In this document: positions 26,966-38,752 of the stretch, in pieces
Layout: each line of letters begins with the position of its first letter
Position numbering within the stretch: position 1 is the stretch's first letter
Assembly (NCBI RefSeq): GCF_000711695.1
Contig: NW_013547014.1
Coordinates: 1-64,000 of the forward strand
Direction: 5' to 3'
Source of the DNA: Tilletiaria anomala UBC 951
Taxonomy: Eukaryota
DNA length: 64,000 bases
Program-made: the position numbers and the translations under genes
The notes under the pieces: generated by a model
What the model saw: the letters and a program-made list of their open reading frames with translations, nothing else
Told to the model about the DNA's origin: nothing
Database searches by the model: none

Positions 26966-29230
26966 TCACCGCCACGATGCGCTGATGAGTTTCGAGACGG
27001 TATTGAGAGCTCTAAATTTGACGTCTGAATCTTGGTGGCTGATTAGCTCCATAATCCGTACTTTAGCGCTCGACTCATTGACAAACCTAATTTGAAAAGT
27101 GCAGATAATGACATATTCAACATCAAGTCATTGTCATTCAGCGATATCAAGTCAAAGCAGAAACTCACTTCTTTGCAGTCTCGCTGAATGAGATAATCTT
27201 GCCCAGATCACTGCACACTACAGAGAGCGTGACAGGGTCTTCGCTCTCCTTAAGAATTGTGATGAGCCGCTTGAGTTGCTCAGCATCGTTCTCGAGCAAC
27301 TTGGACGTGTTAGCCCTCCAGAACTCGTCCAGCTCATGCACTGGACTCTCCCAAGTTAGCTGACCAGAGGCGAGTTCAGAAAGGTAAACTTCGTATGTGC
27401 TGCGTCCGAGTGCAAGCATCGATGATCAGGATCACGTGTCAGTGCTGCTACACAGAGATCTATGCCTCACCTCATATTCTGCAACTTGGTGTTCAGCTCC
27501 TCAACAATGTAGTCAAGGTCCTCGTTGATCTCTTCGTCACTCCACTTGCGAGCTGTAAGCGACTCTGCCAACGGCAAGACCTTCGATCCGAGAAGGGCCG
27601 GCGCGTTTGCCGCTGACGCCTTTTGCAACAGATTCTAACACATAAATGATACGGCCGAGGTCAGCCAGCTATTTTCAGAGAAACGAGGTGGCGATGCTCG
27701 CTGAGCGTACCCGGAATGTCGCGACGATTACGCGGATGACCTTTTCTTTGATTGCGCTTTTCGCCACCTCTGTCAAAGTTGCCACGACGGGGAATATGCT
27801 TTCGACAACCAGAAGACAAGTACGGTCATTTTAATGGAATCTATCAAAGCAACGCAGCGCAAGGTGATTCAACTCACATATTGAGCTTCTCGGCAACCTC
27901 GTCATCGAAGCTGAGCAGCCAAAGGCAGAAGATGGACTGGTACTGCAGCTGGGGACCGACCTGCCCTGATACAGGCGTTCTGGTGCCACTCGCCGTTGCG
28001 GCTGCTGCAGTGGTAGATCCCGCAACCAAGACCTCGCCCACGGTGCCGTTGCGGCCAGCTCTGCTCGGCGTCGCCGTGCCAGATCCCGGTTTCGAGCCGG
28101 CAGCCGAAGCCACAGAGTTGCCCGCAGAGCTGCTGGTGCGGAGAAGGTTCAACAGGCCATAGATCAGGCTGTCTCGCTTTAGTTCAAGCGTCGAATCCTT
28201 GTCTGTCAGCTTATCAGGTGCTTCCTGACCTTGGACGCGCAGCTCTTCTTCCCAGATCTGGCGTCGGTGCTTTGGTGATCGCAAGAGGGATTCAAAGAGC
28301 TGAATTGCAATATCCGCACCATTCCCCTCAGCGTACCCAGCAGCACTCATGTTGGGAGGCGCCAGCGTGGAGGATGAACTCGATGACGACAGGGGGTGTG
28401 CGTTGATCAATGTGGACAGGAAAGTGGTCAGCCGTGGAAGAGCAGCTGACGGTGCGCTGTCGGTTTTATCCGAAATGAGGAGAAGGACGAGGAATTGCGC
28501 TGATTTCAGCTGCACGAATTCGTCTTGCGCATCGAGAAGCCTGCGAGACAAAAATCACGAATCAGCGTATCTTTCTCTGTGATGCTCCGTGCAACGAAAG
28601 TAGAACCCACTTTAAGAAAGGCCCCCACGGAAGTGCACTTGTAACGGTCTGTTGTGAGCCATGGATGTTGTCTACACCCGCAGCTGAAGCTTGCTGTGAT
28701 GCGTGAACGAAATAATGTGCTCTGTCATCCCTTTCTACTAGCATGTCGCCGATTAGAACGAGAATCTGTTGCAAAGTGTCGGTGCGTGACAGTTTGGCCA
28801 AGAGCCTCAGGTAGAGCAGAGCATACTCGGAAGCGTCCTGGCAGAAGTGAACGTAGCGCAAAGCTCTCTCAGTTGCATTTTCCTGAGATGCAGAGTCTCT
28901 GCAGTTTAAGCTCACATTGTCCGCAATCTTTGCAGGTTCACCGTTCCCCGGTCTGCCAGCTGCGTTACCCTTTGCGTCCACTTTCTTGATCAGCTTGAGC
29001 TCCTCGGCGCTGACAAGATCGGCACGCTGGTACCCTTCCCACGGAATTGGCCTGCTTCGAATCCGCACTGTAAGTTCCTCGAGCCACGGGTTCCGAATGT
29101 GAACAAGAGGGGGAGCGGGTATCCTGTCTGCGCCAGCGTTGGCACCGCTTGGGCCAGCTCTTTTCTTGGCGACGTTGTCGATGAGCTGGTCGGTCGCGGC
29201 CGCAGGGGCCGATTGCGGATCCTTCGTCAT
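26966..29230 (-). CDS. VMA13: V-type ATPase V1 subunit H, multi-exon
   Basis: IRSRPIPWEGYQRA, PQLQYQSIFCLWLLSFD, IKEKVIRVIVATFR, RKWSDEEINEDL, ELASGQLTWESPVH..FWRAN, last exon AKVRIMELISHQDSDVKFRALNTVSKLISASWR*. Confidence 0.93.
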
Positions 29231-29605
29231 GATGAAAAGGCAAGATCTCCTTGTCTTGACTGCCCAAATCTGGAGGCAATGTTGACGACTCAAGCTCAAT
29301 TGACGTTGGCCATGCGATACAAGGAGAACCTGAAGTTCGTGGACTCCGTTCAAGACGATGCATCGACAGGGGGAGCTGTCAACGAGAGCCTGGCTGTATG
29401 CGCCGCGCTCGAGGCTGCTGGGCATGTGGGTTTACAGGTATTATCTTAGTCTGCCGTTCCGCTTTCTTTTGTACATACCCTTGGCCATTTGATCCTGCTT
29501 CGCTTTTCGCGTGGCGACATCGTTTATTCTTCCAGCCCAGCTCCAGTTCCAGACGCAAGGCGTAGCGGTTCGTTCGTTGGAGGACATTACTAGAGGACAA
29601 CCAGC

Positions 29606-30760
29606 ATGACAGTCCGACAGACCAGCAGTGCGTTGTGCAGCTGCATGCTACGAGCTGGAAATAGCAGTTCTGGCGGCCGGACTGCCCGTGCGCGCTCTCA
29701 AGCTCAGCGGGCTCTGTTGCACTCCAGCCGAGTTGACCGGCTCGAGCAGGTCTCCTCTGGGTCTTCAGAATCTGCTCCTATATCGCCTTCGAAACACAGC
29801 ACAGCCTCCGAACAGCATTCTACTGAAGCAACTCCAGGATCACAGGCGGTAGAGCCGAGAATTTTTGCGTCTCTTTTGCTTTCTCGGCCGCCGTTCCTCA
29901 CACGAACCCCAACCTCCTTTGAGTCGGCAATCTTCGACTACAACGCCAAGCTGCATCGCTTACTCGCTCAGCCTTTCCCAAAGGATTTCTATTTCAAGAA
30001 AGGGAGTGCTGCTGAGGGTAAATTCGACGAGCTTGAAGCAGAACGACAGAGGACGAGCTCCTTTCCTTCTTCGCATTCTTCCGAAACTGCCAAAGACACA
30101 GCGGGCAAAGGCAAAGAGAAGCGTCAGGAAGCTGCGGCTTCATCTGTCGCACGTACAGATGCTGCAGATGAGGTCGTATATGGAGCATCAGCGGAAAATG
30201 CGCCGGATAAGGAGCTTTATGCTGTCCTCCCTCGTCGGACCGCAGCAGACGAGGCGAATGACGTGAAGAGTCTGGAAAGGCAGGGCGAGCGAACCCTTTA
30301 CCTGGTGGTCAAGGCTGCCGGACAGAAAGGATGGCGCTTCCCCGCTGATGAGGTGGACCGATCGGCGTCGCCAGCAGAAGCAGACTCCGAGCAAGGCGGG
30401 GCGGATCCTAAAGACAGCTTACATCACGCGGCACCGAGAGCTGTGCGCAAGTTGCTTGGCAATGAAATGGACATCTGGATGGTCACCAACGCGCCGGTCG
30501 GATTACTCAAGAATGGAGACCGAGAAAAGGTGAGAGAGGACAACCTCGATGTCGGTATTCTTTTCGAAGTGGACATGCACTAAGGCTTTGCTTTGCAGAC
30601 ATACTTTTTACCTGCGCACATACTGGCGGGCAATGCTGAGCAGGACAAGAATGTCGATTTTGGGTGGCTCACAAAGGAAGAAATCGAAGAGGGATTGGTT
30701 GAGGGCTCAGAGGAGGACAAGAGCTACTGGAAGACGGTTGGCAAGCTTCTCACGCGATAA
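29606..30760 (+). CDS. MRPL17: Mitochondrial large ribosomal subunit protein mL46, spliced
   Basis: Presequence-like N-terminus; LLLSRPPFLTR..FESA, PFPKDFYFKKGS, PRRTAADEANDVKSLER..RTLYLVV, WRFP, MDIWMVTNAPVG. Second exon TYFLPAHILAG..DFGWLTKEEIE ends TAA 30758-30760. Confidence 0.9.
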
Positions 30761-30852
30761 TCGCAATACATGCTGTGCGTAGCGACTATGTTTGCTCTTT
30801 TGAAATACGATACGCAGACTTTCCGCGCTGTGATACAGACGGCATTGCTCGA

Positions 30853-33800
30853 TCAAATCTTCATGCCTGCGTCCTCGTCTTCACTCTCTTTGACTTGCGA
30901 GCGTGGGAGCGGCATCTCCTCGCGGCTGCTGGTGAATAGCTCTGCCCACTTTGGGAAGACACGCTTGTAAAGCGGCAGCAGAACGGTGTCCATCTGCGAG
31001 ATAGGGCCATCAAAGTGGGCCTTCATGTACCCGTGCGTACCCAATGGCTCGCGAATGTGGCCCGTCTTGCCGTGCTTTGTGTGCAGCATGATCGGCTTGA
31101 AGTAGCGCACGTCGTCCGCATTGAAGAACATGAAGCGAATTGTGGCGGTCTTCTTGTGAACCTTGTAAGGGTGTCCGGTCAAGAAAATACGCTTGGCGTT
31201 GATTCGAGTCGGCTGGGCACCCAAGAGACTGCCCATACCGACGAGGTGAGGTGTCTGCCGCGCGCCCACGCCACGCTGGTCGTGGCCACACTCTCCAGCT
31301 GCAAAGTCGCGTTCGCGGAAAAGGACGGCAGGGGCGTTCGAGCCGCCGAAAGTGATTGGCGCATACACCGTCGCAACGGATCCGCTAATACCTTGCGCAA
31401 GATAACGCTCGAATTTGTGAGCGCCGTTGCTGCGCTTACCGGAGCCGAGTGTGTTTTGCGAGTAAATTGGGTTCACTCGGAATCGCCGAGGGCCCAAGCA
31501 AAGCACAAGTGGATCCTGTCATGAGTTGAGTGCGCCGAGTCCACAATCGAGTTAGTCACAAGTAATTACCTTTCGCAAGCCGACACATGGGCTCACCTTG
31601 GACCGCACAGGCTCTTCGTATTCGGTGTTGCGAGTGACAGTCATATGCAGCACGCTCTTCTTGTGCTCGTGACGAAGCAAGCCGAAGACGACAAACGGCA
31701 CCTGTTGGCCTTCCTGCAGCTCCGGTAGTTCTCCCGCTCCTCTGGCTTGTGCGCGCACGGCCGCTTCCCTTGGCACATCTTCGATCCAGAGGCACACACG
31801 AACGCCAGGCTGCACACCTTCGACCAATGCAGCTGCCTCTACACGACGCGCCGTCCTGCCATAGTTGTCGAATTGGTAGATGCGACCGTAGTCCCGCGGC
31901 AGATCTTCGTACGGGTCCCATGGGCTGGTGCGGAACGACTTGAGCCCACGATACCTAGCGAAACGCTGACGCGCGGGAATGTCCATAGGTGTGTCGACTT
32001 CATCTGGGAACTCGGCGTCCTCGCGCTCTTCCTTTTCACGCTGGCGGCGTTCCTGATAAGCCTCCCATGCAGCGCGTTCCTCGTCTTCGTCGTAGTCGTC
32101 TTCTTCCATCCCTACGTCCGACAGGGCAGCATCTGTAGACTCGACTTGAACGCTTGTGCTCGGCTTCATGGATGATGCAGGACCAATAGCTGGCGCTGAG
32201 ATCGCCTCCGCGCCATGCTCTCCATCTTCCTCCACATGGGCCTCGTCCTTGTCCTCGTCGTCCTCGTCATCTTCGTCGTCCTCTTCGTCACTTTCGATGA
32301 TCCAGGCAGCCTTCCATTTTTCGCTCGGCGCACTCTCTCCTTTGAGCTTCGGCGCTCCACCTGTAGAAGCCTTGTACTTTGCGATCGATCTAGGGGTGAT
32401 GCCTGGCACAGCTGGCGGCAACAAAGATGCGTCTGAGACGCCCTCTTGAGCGGCACCAGTAGCAGATGCAATCTCCTCCTCCGTGGGCCAGGTCTGCTCA
32501 TTGGCCATGTCATCCACTTCATTAGTGCTGCGCATGTCATCGGCGTACTCATCGTCCCGCTCATCCAGCACGTCTCCCCCTTCAAGCGGCTTCTCCTCCC
32601 CCTCGCTCGGCTCCACTTCACCACTTGCCATCTCTGCGTCCATTCCGTCGGTACTTGAAAGCTGCTCCTTTTTGCCATTTCGCCGTGGATACCGAGCAGC
32701 TGTGGAGGGTGGAGCATACGTAATTTTGCTGAACCGGAAATCGCCGAAATCAGGAATATGAACGAGGCGATTGGCGCTCATCGGTGTACCGCGAACCCAT
32801 CCTTCGATTTTGAGAGTCCCTTTTGCATCACTGCCAGAGGCGGCATCTGGTGAAGGCACCCACTCTGCACCTTCTGAGACCGTCCAAGCCCTGAAGTCTC
32901 GCCATGCCACGCGCCTGGGTGTGCTAGTAGCAAGTGTGCGTATCAGCGCGCTGCGCTCTGCCCGGTCGTCCAAGGAATGGACCTTTTCCACCTCGGGCGC
33001 AAAATATTGTGCGAAGCTGAGCAAGCTCTTGCGCGTTTCGTTGACTGCGCGCTGTACAGGGCCTGCTTTCTTGCTTCCCCCGACACCGATGTTGCCTTGA
33101 GGGTTCAAGGTCGACACAGCGATGAGAACGCTCGGCAGTCCTTGCGCTTGCAGGGCGCGCAGACAGAGTTCGCCCCATGAGCCCGGCTCGATCGACTTGG
33201 TGGATGACAAGACGCAAAGCACAAAGTCTGCGCACTTGCAGGCGTCAAGCGTCGCCCATAGCGCACCATACGGTAGAGGCAAAAATTGGATCGTCTGTCT
33301 GAACCGCGTCGCTTCGATCTCTGAGAAGGCGTCGCCGCGCTGTCGAGCTTCTGAGCTGCTCCGTCCAGGCACCGGCTTGATACCACCTTCCTCGCCCTCC
33401 TCTTCAATCATCCGCACGGCATCCCATGCAACTCCCCCTGCCAAGTCGATCACAGCGCAGATACGAGGCGCGCCGCCACCAGAAGCGGCTGTGCCTTTGC
33501 CAAGGCCGAGTGTTCCCGCGAGAGAGGACCCTGCGCCAACACCAAAAATGCGCGTCGATTCGACGAGTGCAGCACGTTTGGATTGTTGCGTTTGCTTTGC
33601 TAGATTGCGACGGGCCTGCCGGGCCCCTTGTGGTGTAGCTGCTATGCCCAGCGGCGAAGCCTTGTGCACTCTGGGCTGCGTGCCTTCTTGCCGACCTGCA
33701 GAAGCCATGGGGAACGGGCATCCAGGCGTGAGTGGTAACTCCAAGGTTTGCGGCCATGCTTGCATTTAACCATCTTCCGACTCACCCTTTGCAGCAGTCT

Positions 33801-33909
33801 TGATGCTGCCCTTGGTCGCATGCCTCGACTTGAACGCCTTGTTGGTCTGCGACAGCTGGGAGCGATGATGATGTTGCTGCGGCGCGTTGCCGCCCTTTCC
33901 GCCAGCCAT
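30853..33909 (-). CDS. TSR1: Pre-40S ribosome biogenesis factor Tsr1, spliced
   Basis: QTNKAFKSRHATKG, LDACKCADFV, AQGLP, NRLVHIPDFGDF, NEQTWPTEEE, FPDEVDTP..ARQRFARYRGLKSFRTSPWDP, LTGHPYKVHK, RFMFFN, GHIREPLGTHGYMK; two introns. Confidence 0.97.
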
Positions 33910-35098
33910 ACTCCGAGTTGAAAGCCTACGCAGCTCGGTTCAAAACGACAGAGCTGCAGTTCGCGTCCTATACGAAGCTCTTGCCTTGCTTCCGTTCTCA
34001 GCTGAATGTCCTTCACAGCTCCATCGGACAGAGCATAAGGATAACTCCAGTAGAACGCAGTTGCAGCATCAGCAACCATCGCAAAACTGGAGGCATGCAG
34101 ACACCGACAATCACAAAAAATTTGGAGCTTCCGTCTCTGGCAGCCAAGCGACACTCGGCCGAGAGAATAGGCGCGCATTCGGTGTGACGCGCATTGGCGA
34201 CCTGTCGGTCTGGAGGGCGGAATAAGGTGGCGGTGACCTAAGCATTGCCAAAACGGACTTCAACAGGTGTTCCCGGATTTTCTGAGCATATCCCCCGGAA
34301 TATTTGTCACGAAAGCCCTCCGAAGACTATGTAGGGCACTGAAACCCTGTTCAACGCTCCCATCCATCTGGCAATGTCTTCCACATCTGATTGATCTCGT
34401 TCTGGGTCTTACCACTGATGCTCGTTTCAGTCTTGTGTCGTACACGAGAGGCCAAGTCTTCATCGCATCTCTTCAAGCCTCTCTCGTCCTCCACATGAAA
34501 AAGGTGTAAAACCAATCATAGGATGTGCGTTCCTAATGATTACCGTCTGCTATGCGTGTATATTGTGATGCGCTATGCTGCGCCATGAGATCCAATTTCT
34601 ACCGAGCGTATGAAACCCGTATCATCCTTTCATGCCTATTAGCTAGTGAGCCGCGACCTCAAAGTAAACATTATACGCCTTATGAACGGAAAACTTACAG
34701 CTCGGTCCATTGCTCGTGGAAACGACCATGGGGCTGTCCTTCATAGCTTTGCGATTTTTGTGGTCGATCGTCTTTTGTCAGAATCTTGGTGACATGCACA
34801 GATGATTTTTTTGGATGAGCGATGAGATGGTGTGAGTGACTCAACGGGATGCGACGATGCTTACAATGTGCTCAAGGGTACCTTGCCGTGACACCAGCCG
34901 GGCACAAGTTGCTAATGGACTTGCTGTCCCGTGAAATGAAGAATGTACTTTGAGGCCTGCTGTGTCCCAGCAGGCGGCGAAGCTTTGCCGTGCCTGGACC
35001 CGAAGGTGCCGTTTTTTTTGCTGCCCTCCGTCTTGCTCAGAGACATTGGCGGCTACTGCGACTTCTGGGACTTCCTATAGCCAGTCTTCTGCTTGTTC

Positions 35099-35774
35099 AA
35101 TTTGTCAGTGTCATCAGTATCTTCTTCGGCTTGTCGCCCGCACCGGACTCTGACTGGGGGCGCTTCCGGGTCGAACGGCGAGTTGGCGAAGTAGACTTTC
35201 CAAAGTTCTTCTGCTGCCTGTTGCAGCTGCTATCCTTGCCGCTTCTGGAATCGACATTCACATACCCTTTCTGCTCATCTTGCGTTTCCTTCCTGCTATT
35301 CTTGGCTTTGTCTTTGTTGTTTACAAACTGCTTCCGGCTTTGCTACCCTCCTGCTTCTTGTCCTCAGTCTTTTGTTTTCCCTCCTTTCATCTTTTCTCAC
35401 GCCTTCTTGGGTAAGTATTGCTTCTGTGTGCCGACTTCCTTCTTCGTGTGCGCTTGTCCCTCCTTGGTCCGCCATCCTTGGCCTGTCCATTGCGACAAGT
35501 GCTTCTGCGGCTCGTCTTTGTCGCCTTGCCCGTCTTGTGGTCGTCGCCACGCTTGTAGTATTTTTGAACCATCCGCTGCTCCTTGCGAGCCGACCATTGC
35601 CTCCGAAGCACTAGCCTTTGAAGACCTTAGACTGTTTAATATTATCTTTCAACTCCTTGCGAAGCTGTAGAGGTGGATACAGAAACAACATGAGTGACTC
35701 CCTGGGGGGAGGATCAGGCTGGCTGCTGTGCTGAACCTGACCTCCGGGTCAATGTACTTGTCAGAAGCTGGCAT
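35099..35774 (-). pseudogene. Pseudogene of a small charged protein resembling the DUF5872 family; 3' end approximate
   Basis: MPASDKYIDPE|intron 35741-35665|LRKELKDNIKQS, then fragments in shifting frames: QWSARKEQRMVQKYYKRG, DKDEPQKHLSQWTGQGWRTKEG, QYLPKKA-TGA (Trp expected), KTEDKKQEGSKAG, KQFVNN. Family assignment is from recalled motifs. Confidence 0.75.
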
Positions 35775-36669
35775 CTCGATCAATGGTGGGTCTTCTGGGT
35801 TGTTGACGCGCAAGGCTTTGCCATATCCAGAAACAACTCTGGACGAAGGTTGGCTTTAAAAGAAGCGAAGCGAGAATCACAAGAGGGAAGAACCAAGCGA
35901 CCCCAAGCCCATCGCTGATCTTTATAAGTGCTGGTCGTATCGGAGCTGTTGCAATCAAATGCTGGGTGCCGTCAGTGATGCATTCTTCCAGCAATACTAT
36001 TGGAAAAGCAAGGCATAACGCAACGAAGTCTTCCAGCAGCAGCGACCACCTTCCGGAAAGAATGGACCCTGCCGCCGCTGCAAGTCCTGGAAGCGGGACT
36101 CGCAAGGCAGCGCTTGACGTGCGATTGCAGGCGCAGGGCTCTCGCACATGCCTTTCAAAGGTCGGGTCATTCACTGAATGTAAACAAGTATCACGGAGAC
36201 CCATAGGGAATAGCCGAATGCTTCGTCACGTCCCATATCAAGCAAGATCCAGGTAAAGCCTGGCGTATCAAGTTTTATCGCAAATAGGATGGATTGTTAT
36301 AGGTCGATCAGCGATGGAAGTGATTAAGTCGCCGATGATTCAGCAACCGCAGTGCGGGGATGTGCCAGATATCGGCGAAGTTTTGTGGGAGGCTGTAAAG
36401 AAAGCGTCAACTTCCAGGGATCCGACAAAAGCCGATAGCCAAATTAGGTGTTGTGGTGACGTTGTCCCCGGGAATCTCTATCAAACCCGACTAAAGACTG
36501 GAAACTTCTTGTTCCCAACACTCCACCGCCACTGTGTAGATTCCTCTCAGACGGAGGTCTTCATAGATCATGCGTCGTTATTCATAGGTATTGACTGCTG
36601 AGGTCCCAAGTCGATAGACCATCACACTCTGAGCGCTCGATAAAGCAACTTTTGAACCTTCTTGAAGCA

Positions 36670-38507
36670 ATGGCGAGCCCAACCCTCCTCTCCATCTTCG
36701 AGCCACGCAAGGGCTACTCGCCCGTCTCGCCAGCGATCATCATCCCATCAACCTCGGGCAAGCAATCCGACCATGTCATCTTCTCGTACCAGCGCCTTCA
36801 GGAGCTTGTTCACGGACTGCAGCTGCAGATTGCCGCTTTCGGGTTCCAATCAGGCCAGACGGTTAGCTCGAGCTTGGTCAATGGAATCGAATTCACGGTC
36901 GCTTTTCTGGCGACCGGTGCCGAGCAGTGCGTTGCAGGCTTAACTTCGCATCGTCGCCTGTGGTCACTTCTTGACGTCTTCACTTTTTGAAATTTTGCTC
37001 CGTCACGAATGGAATCCGTGACTGTTTTCGCTGCAGGCTGATTGCAGCACCGCTCAACCCTGCCTACTCGAAGGGCGAAGTGCTGTTCTACCTACAGGAC
37101 ACCAAGTCTCAGCTGTTGATTCTCCCGTCTGGCTCTATCTCCTCCAATACTGCAGCAGTCCAGGCGGCACGCGAAATAAATGTTCCTGTCGTAGAAATCA
37201 CCTACGATGCGTCGGAAAGAAGCATCAAGCTCACAAGAGACAATGGCCAGCAGGTCCCACGTGCAGCTGCAGTTCGAATGCCCTCACCCGACAATACGGC
37301 GCTCGTCTTACACACCTCCGGTACGACAGGTAGGCCCAAAGGCGTACCCCTCAACCATCGTAACCTCAGTCGGACCATGTCCAACATCATTGCTACTGTG
37401 AGTCGTATCTCTGCTTGCAAGACTTGCGGGGCACACTATTCTAAATCTTAGATGCTTCACTGCGGTCAGTATCGACTCACCCCTAACGACAGAACATACC
37501 TTGTGATGCCACTCTTCCACGTCCACGGTCTCCTCTGTGGCCTTCTTGCGACCCTTCTTTCGGGAGGCAGTGCAGTGATACCGCCCAAATTCAGCGCCAA
37601 TGCGTTCTGGAAGCAGTTCATCGAAGAGCGTTGCAACTGGTACACGGCAGTTCCCACGATCCACCAGATGCTGTTGTCAACAGCAAAGCCCAACCCGCTA
37701 CCGAGGATCCGCTTCATTCGCTCCTGCTCTTCCTCACTCAGCCCGGCGACGTTTCACGCGATCGAAGAGGCTTTCCAGGCACCTGTGCTAGAGGCGTACG
37801 CCATGACCGAGGCAGCGCACCAGATGACGTCGAACCCGTTGCCGCCGGCGAAGCGCAAACCTGGCAGCGTCGGTCTCGGCCAAGGGGTCGAAGTCAAGAT
37901 TCTGGACCAGACGGGTAAGGAAGTACCGCAAGGGAAGGAAGGCGAGGTGTGCGTGCGTGGGCCAAATGTGACGAGCGGCTACCTAAACAACCCAAAGGCA
38001 AATGAGGAGAGCTTTGTCAAGTCGCCCAAGGAGAACGAGGGCTTCTTCCGCACGGGCGACCAGGGAAAGAAGGATGAGCATGGCTACATTGTCCTCACCG
38101 GGCGAATCAAGGAGCTTATTAACCGTGCCGGAGAGAAGATCAGCCCGCTCGAGGTGGACGCGGCGCTGCTTGCCGTGCAAGGCGTCGATGAGGCGGTCAG
38201 TTTTGCGGTACCGGACAAGACTTACGGTGAGAAGGTTGGCGCGGCGGTTGTTCTAAAGACTGGGGCCAGCATCACGGAGGAAGGCATCAAGCAAGGGCTC
38301 AACGGCAAGCTGAGCAAGTTCAAGATTCCAGAGCAGATCTTCATCACTGCGCGCATCCCCAAGACGTGAGTGATAGCCGCTGCAGGCGCTCCGCTGGAGA
38401 GACAGACGGTGACATGGTATGTGCTCTGCAACATCAGTGCCACCGGAAAGATTCAGCGACGCAACGTCGCCGCGACTTTCCTGAAGCAAGGCAATGCGAA
38501 GTTGTAA
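36670..38507 (+). CDS. PCS60: Peroxisomal oxalate-CoA ligase / acyl-CoA synthetase, spliced
   Basis: AAPLNPAY, LHTSGTTGRPKGVPL, MPLFHVHGL, RFIRSCSSSL, LEAYAMTEAAHQMTSNP, FFRTGDQG, PKT|ATGKIQRR; C-terminal PTS1 tripeptide AKL*. Confidence 0.95.
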
Positions 38508-38752
38508 AATGTCCCTAATGTCACTTTCTGTGTTCTGTGCATCAACTCCTTGTGGTTGTATGCAGGCATAGAAAATCGGCGAACACTTTTTTGGGTCATC
38601 GTCTTGTTCTCATTCGCAACATCTCTTTCTTGTGATACGGGCTAGGTCTGCTCTTCGTGACCGCTTTGATTTGTACACACTGTGAGGCATTAAGAGTCGC
38701 TTCGAAGTTCAAATTCTGATAGCGAGGATCGGAATCAGCCGCCGCCTCTGTC

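Noticed and set aside
34305..34893. TGTCACG...CGTGACA inverted ends suggesting a solo LTR or MITE
   Set aside because: Flanks (ATATT versus CCAGC) give no target-site duplication, there is no second copy in the window, and a 7-bp match is expected by chance.
34990..35670. 226-aa hydrophobic Cys/Phe-rich ORF on the plus strand
   Set aside because: Antisense shadow of the Lys/Glu-rich DUF5872-like pseudogene; non-ATG start and no motifs.
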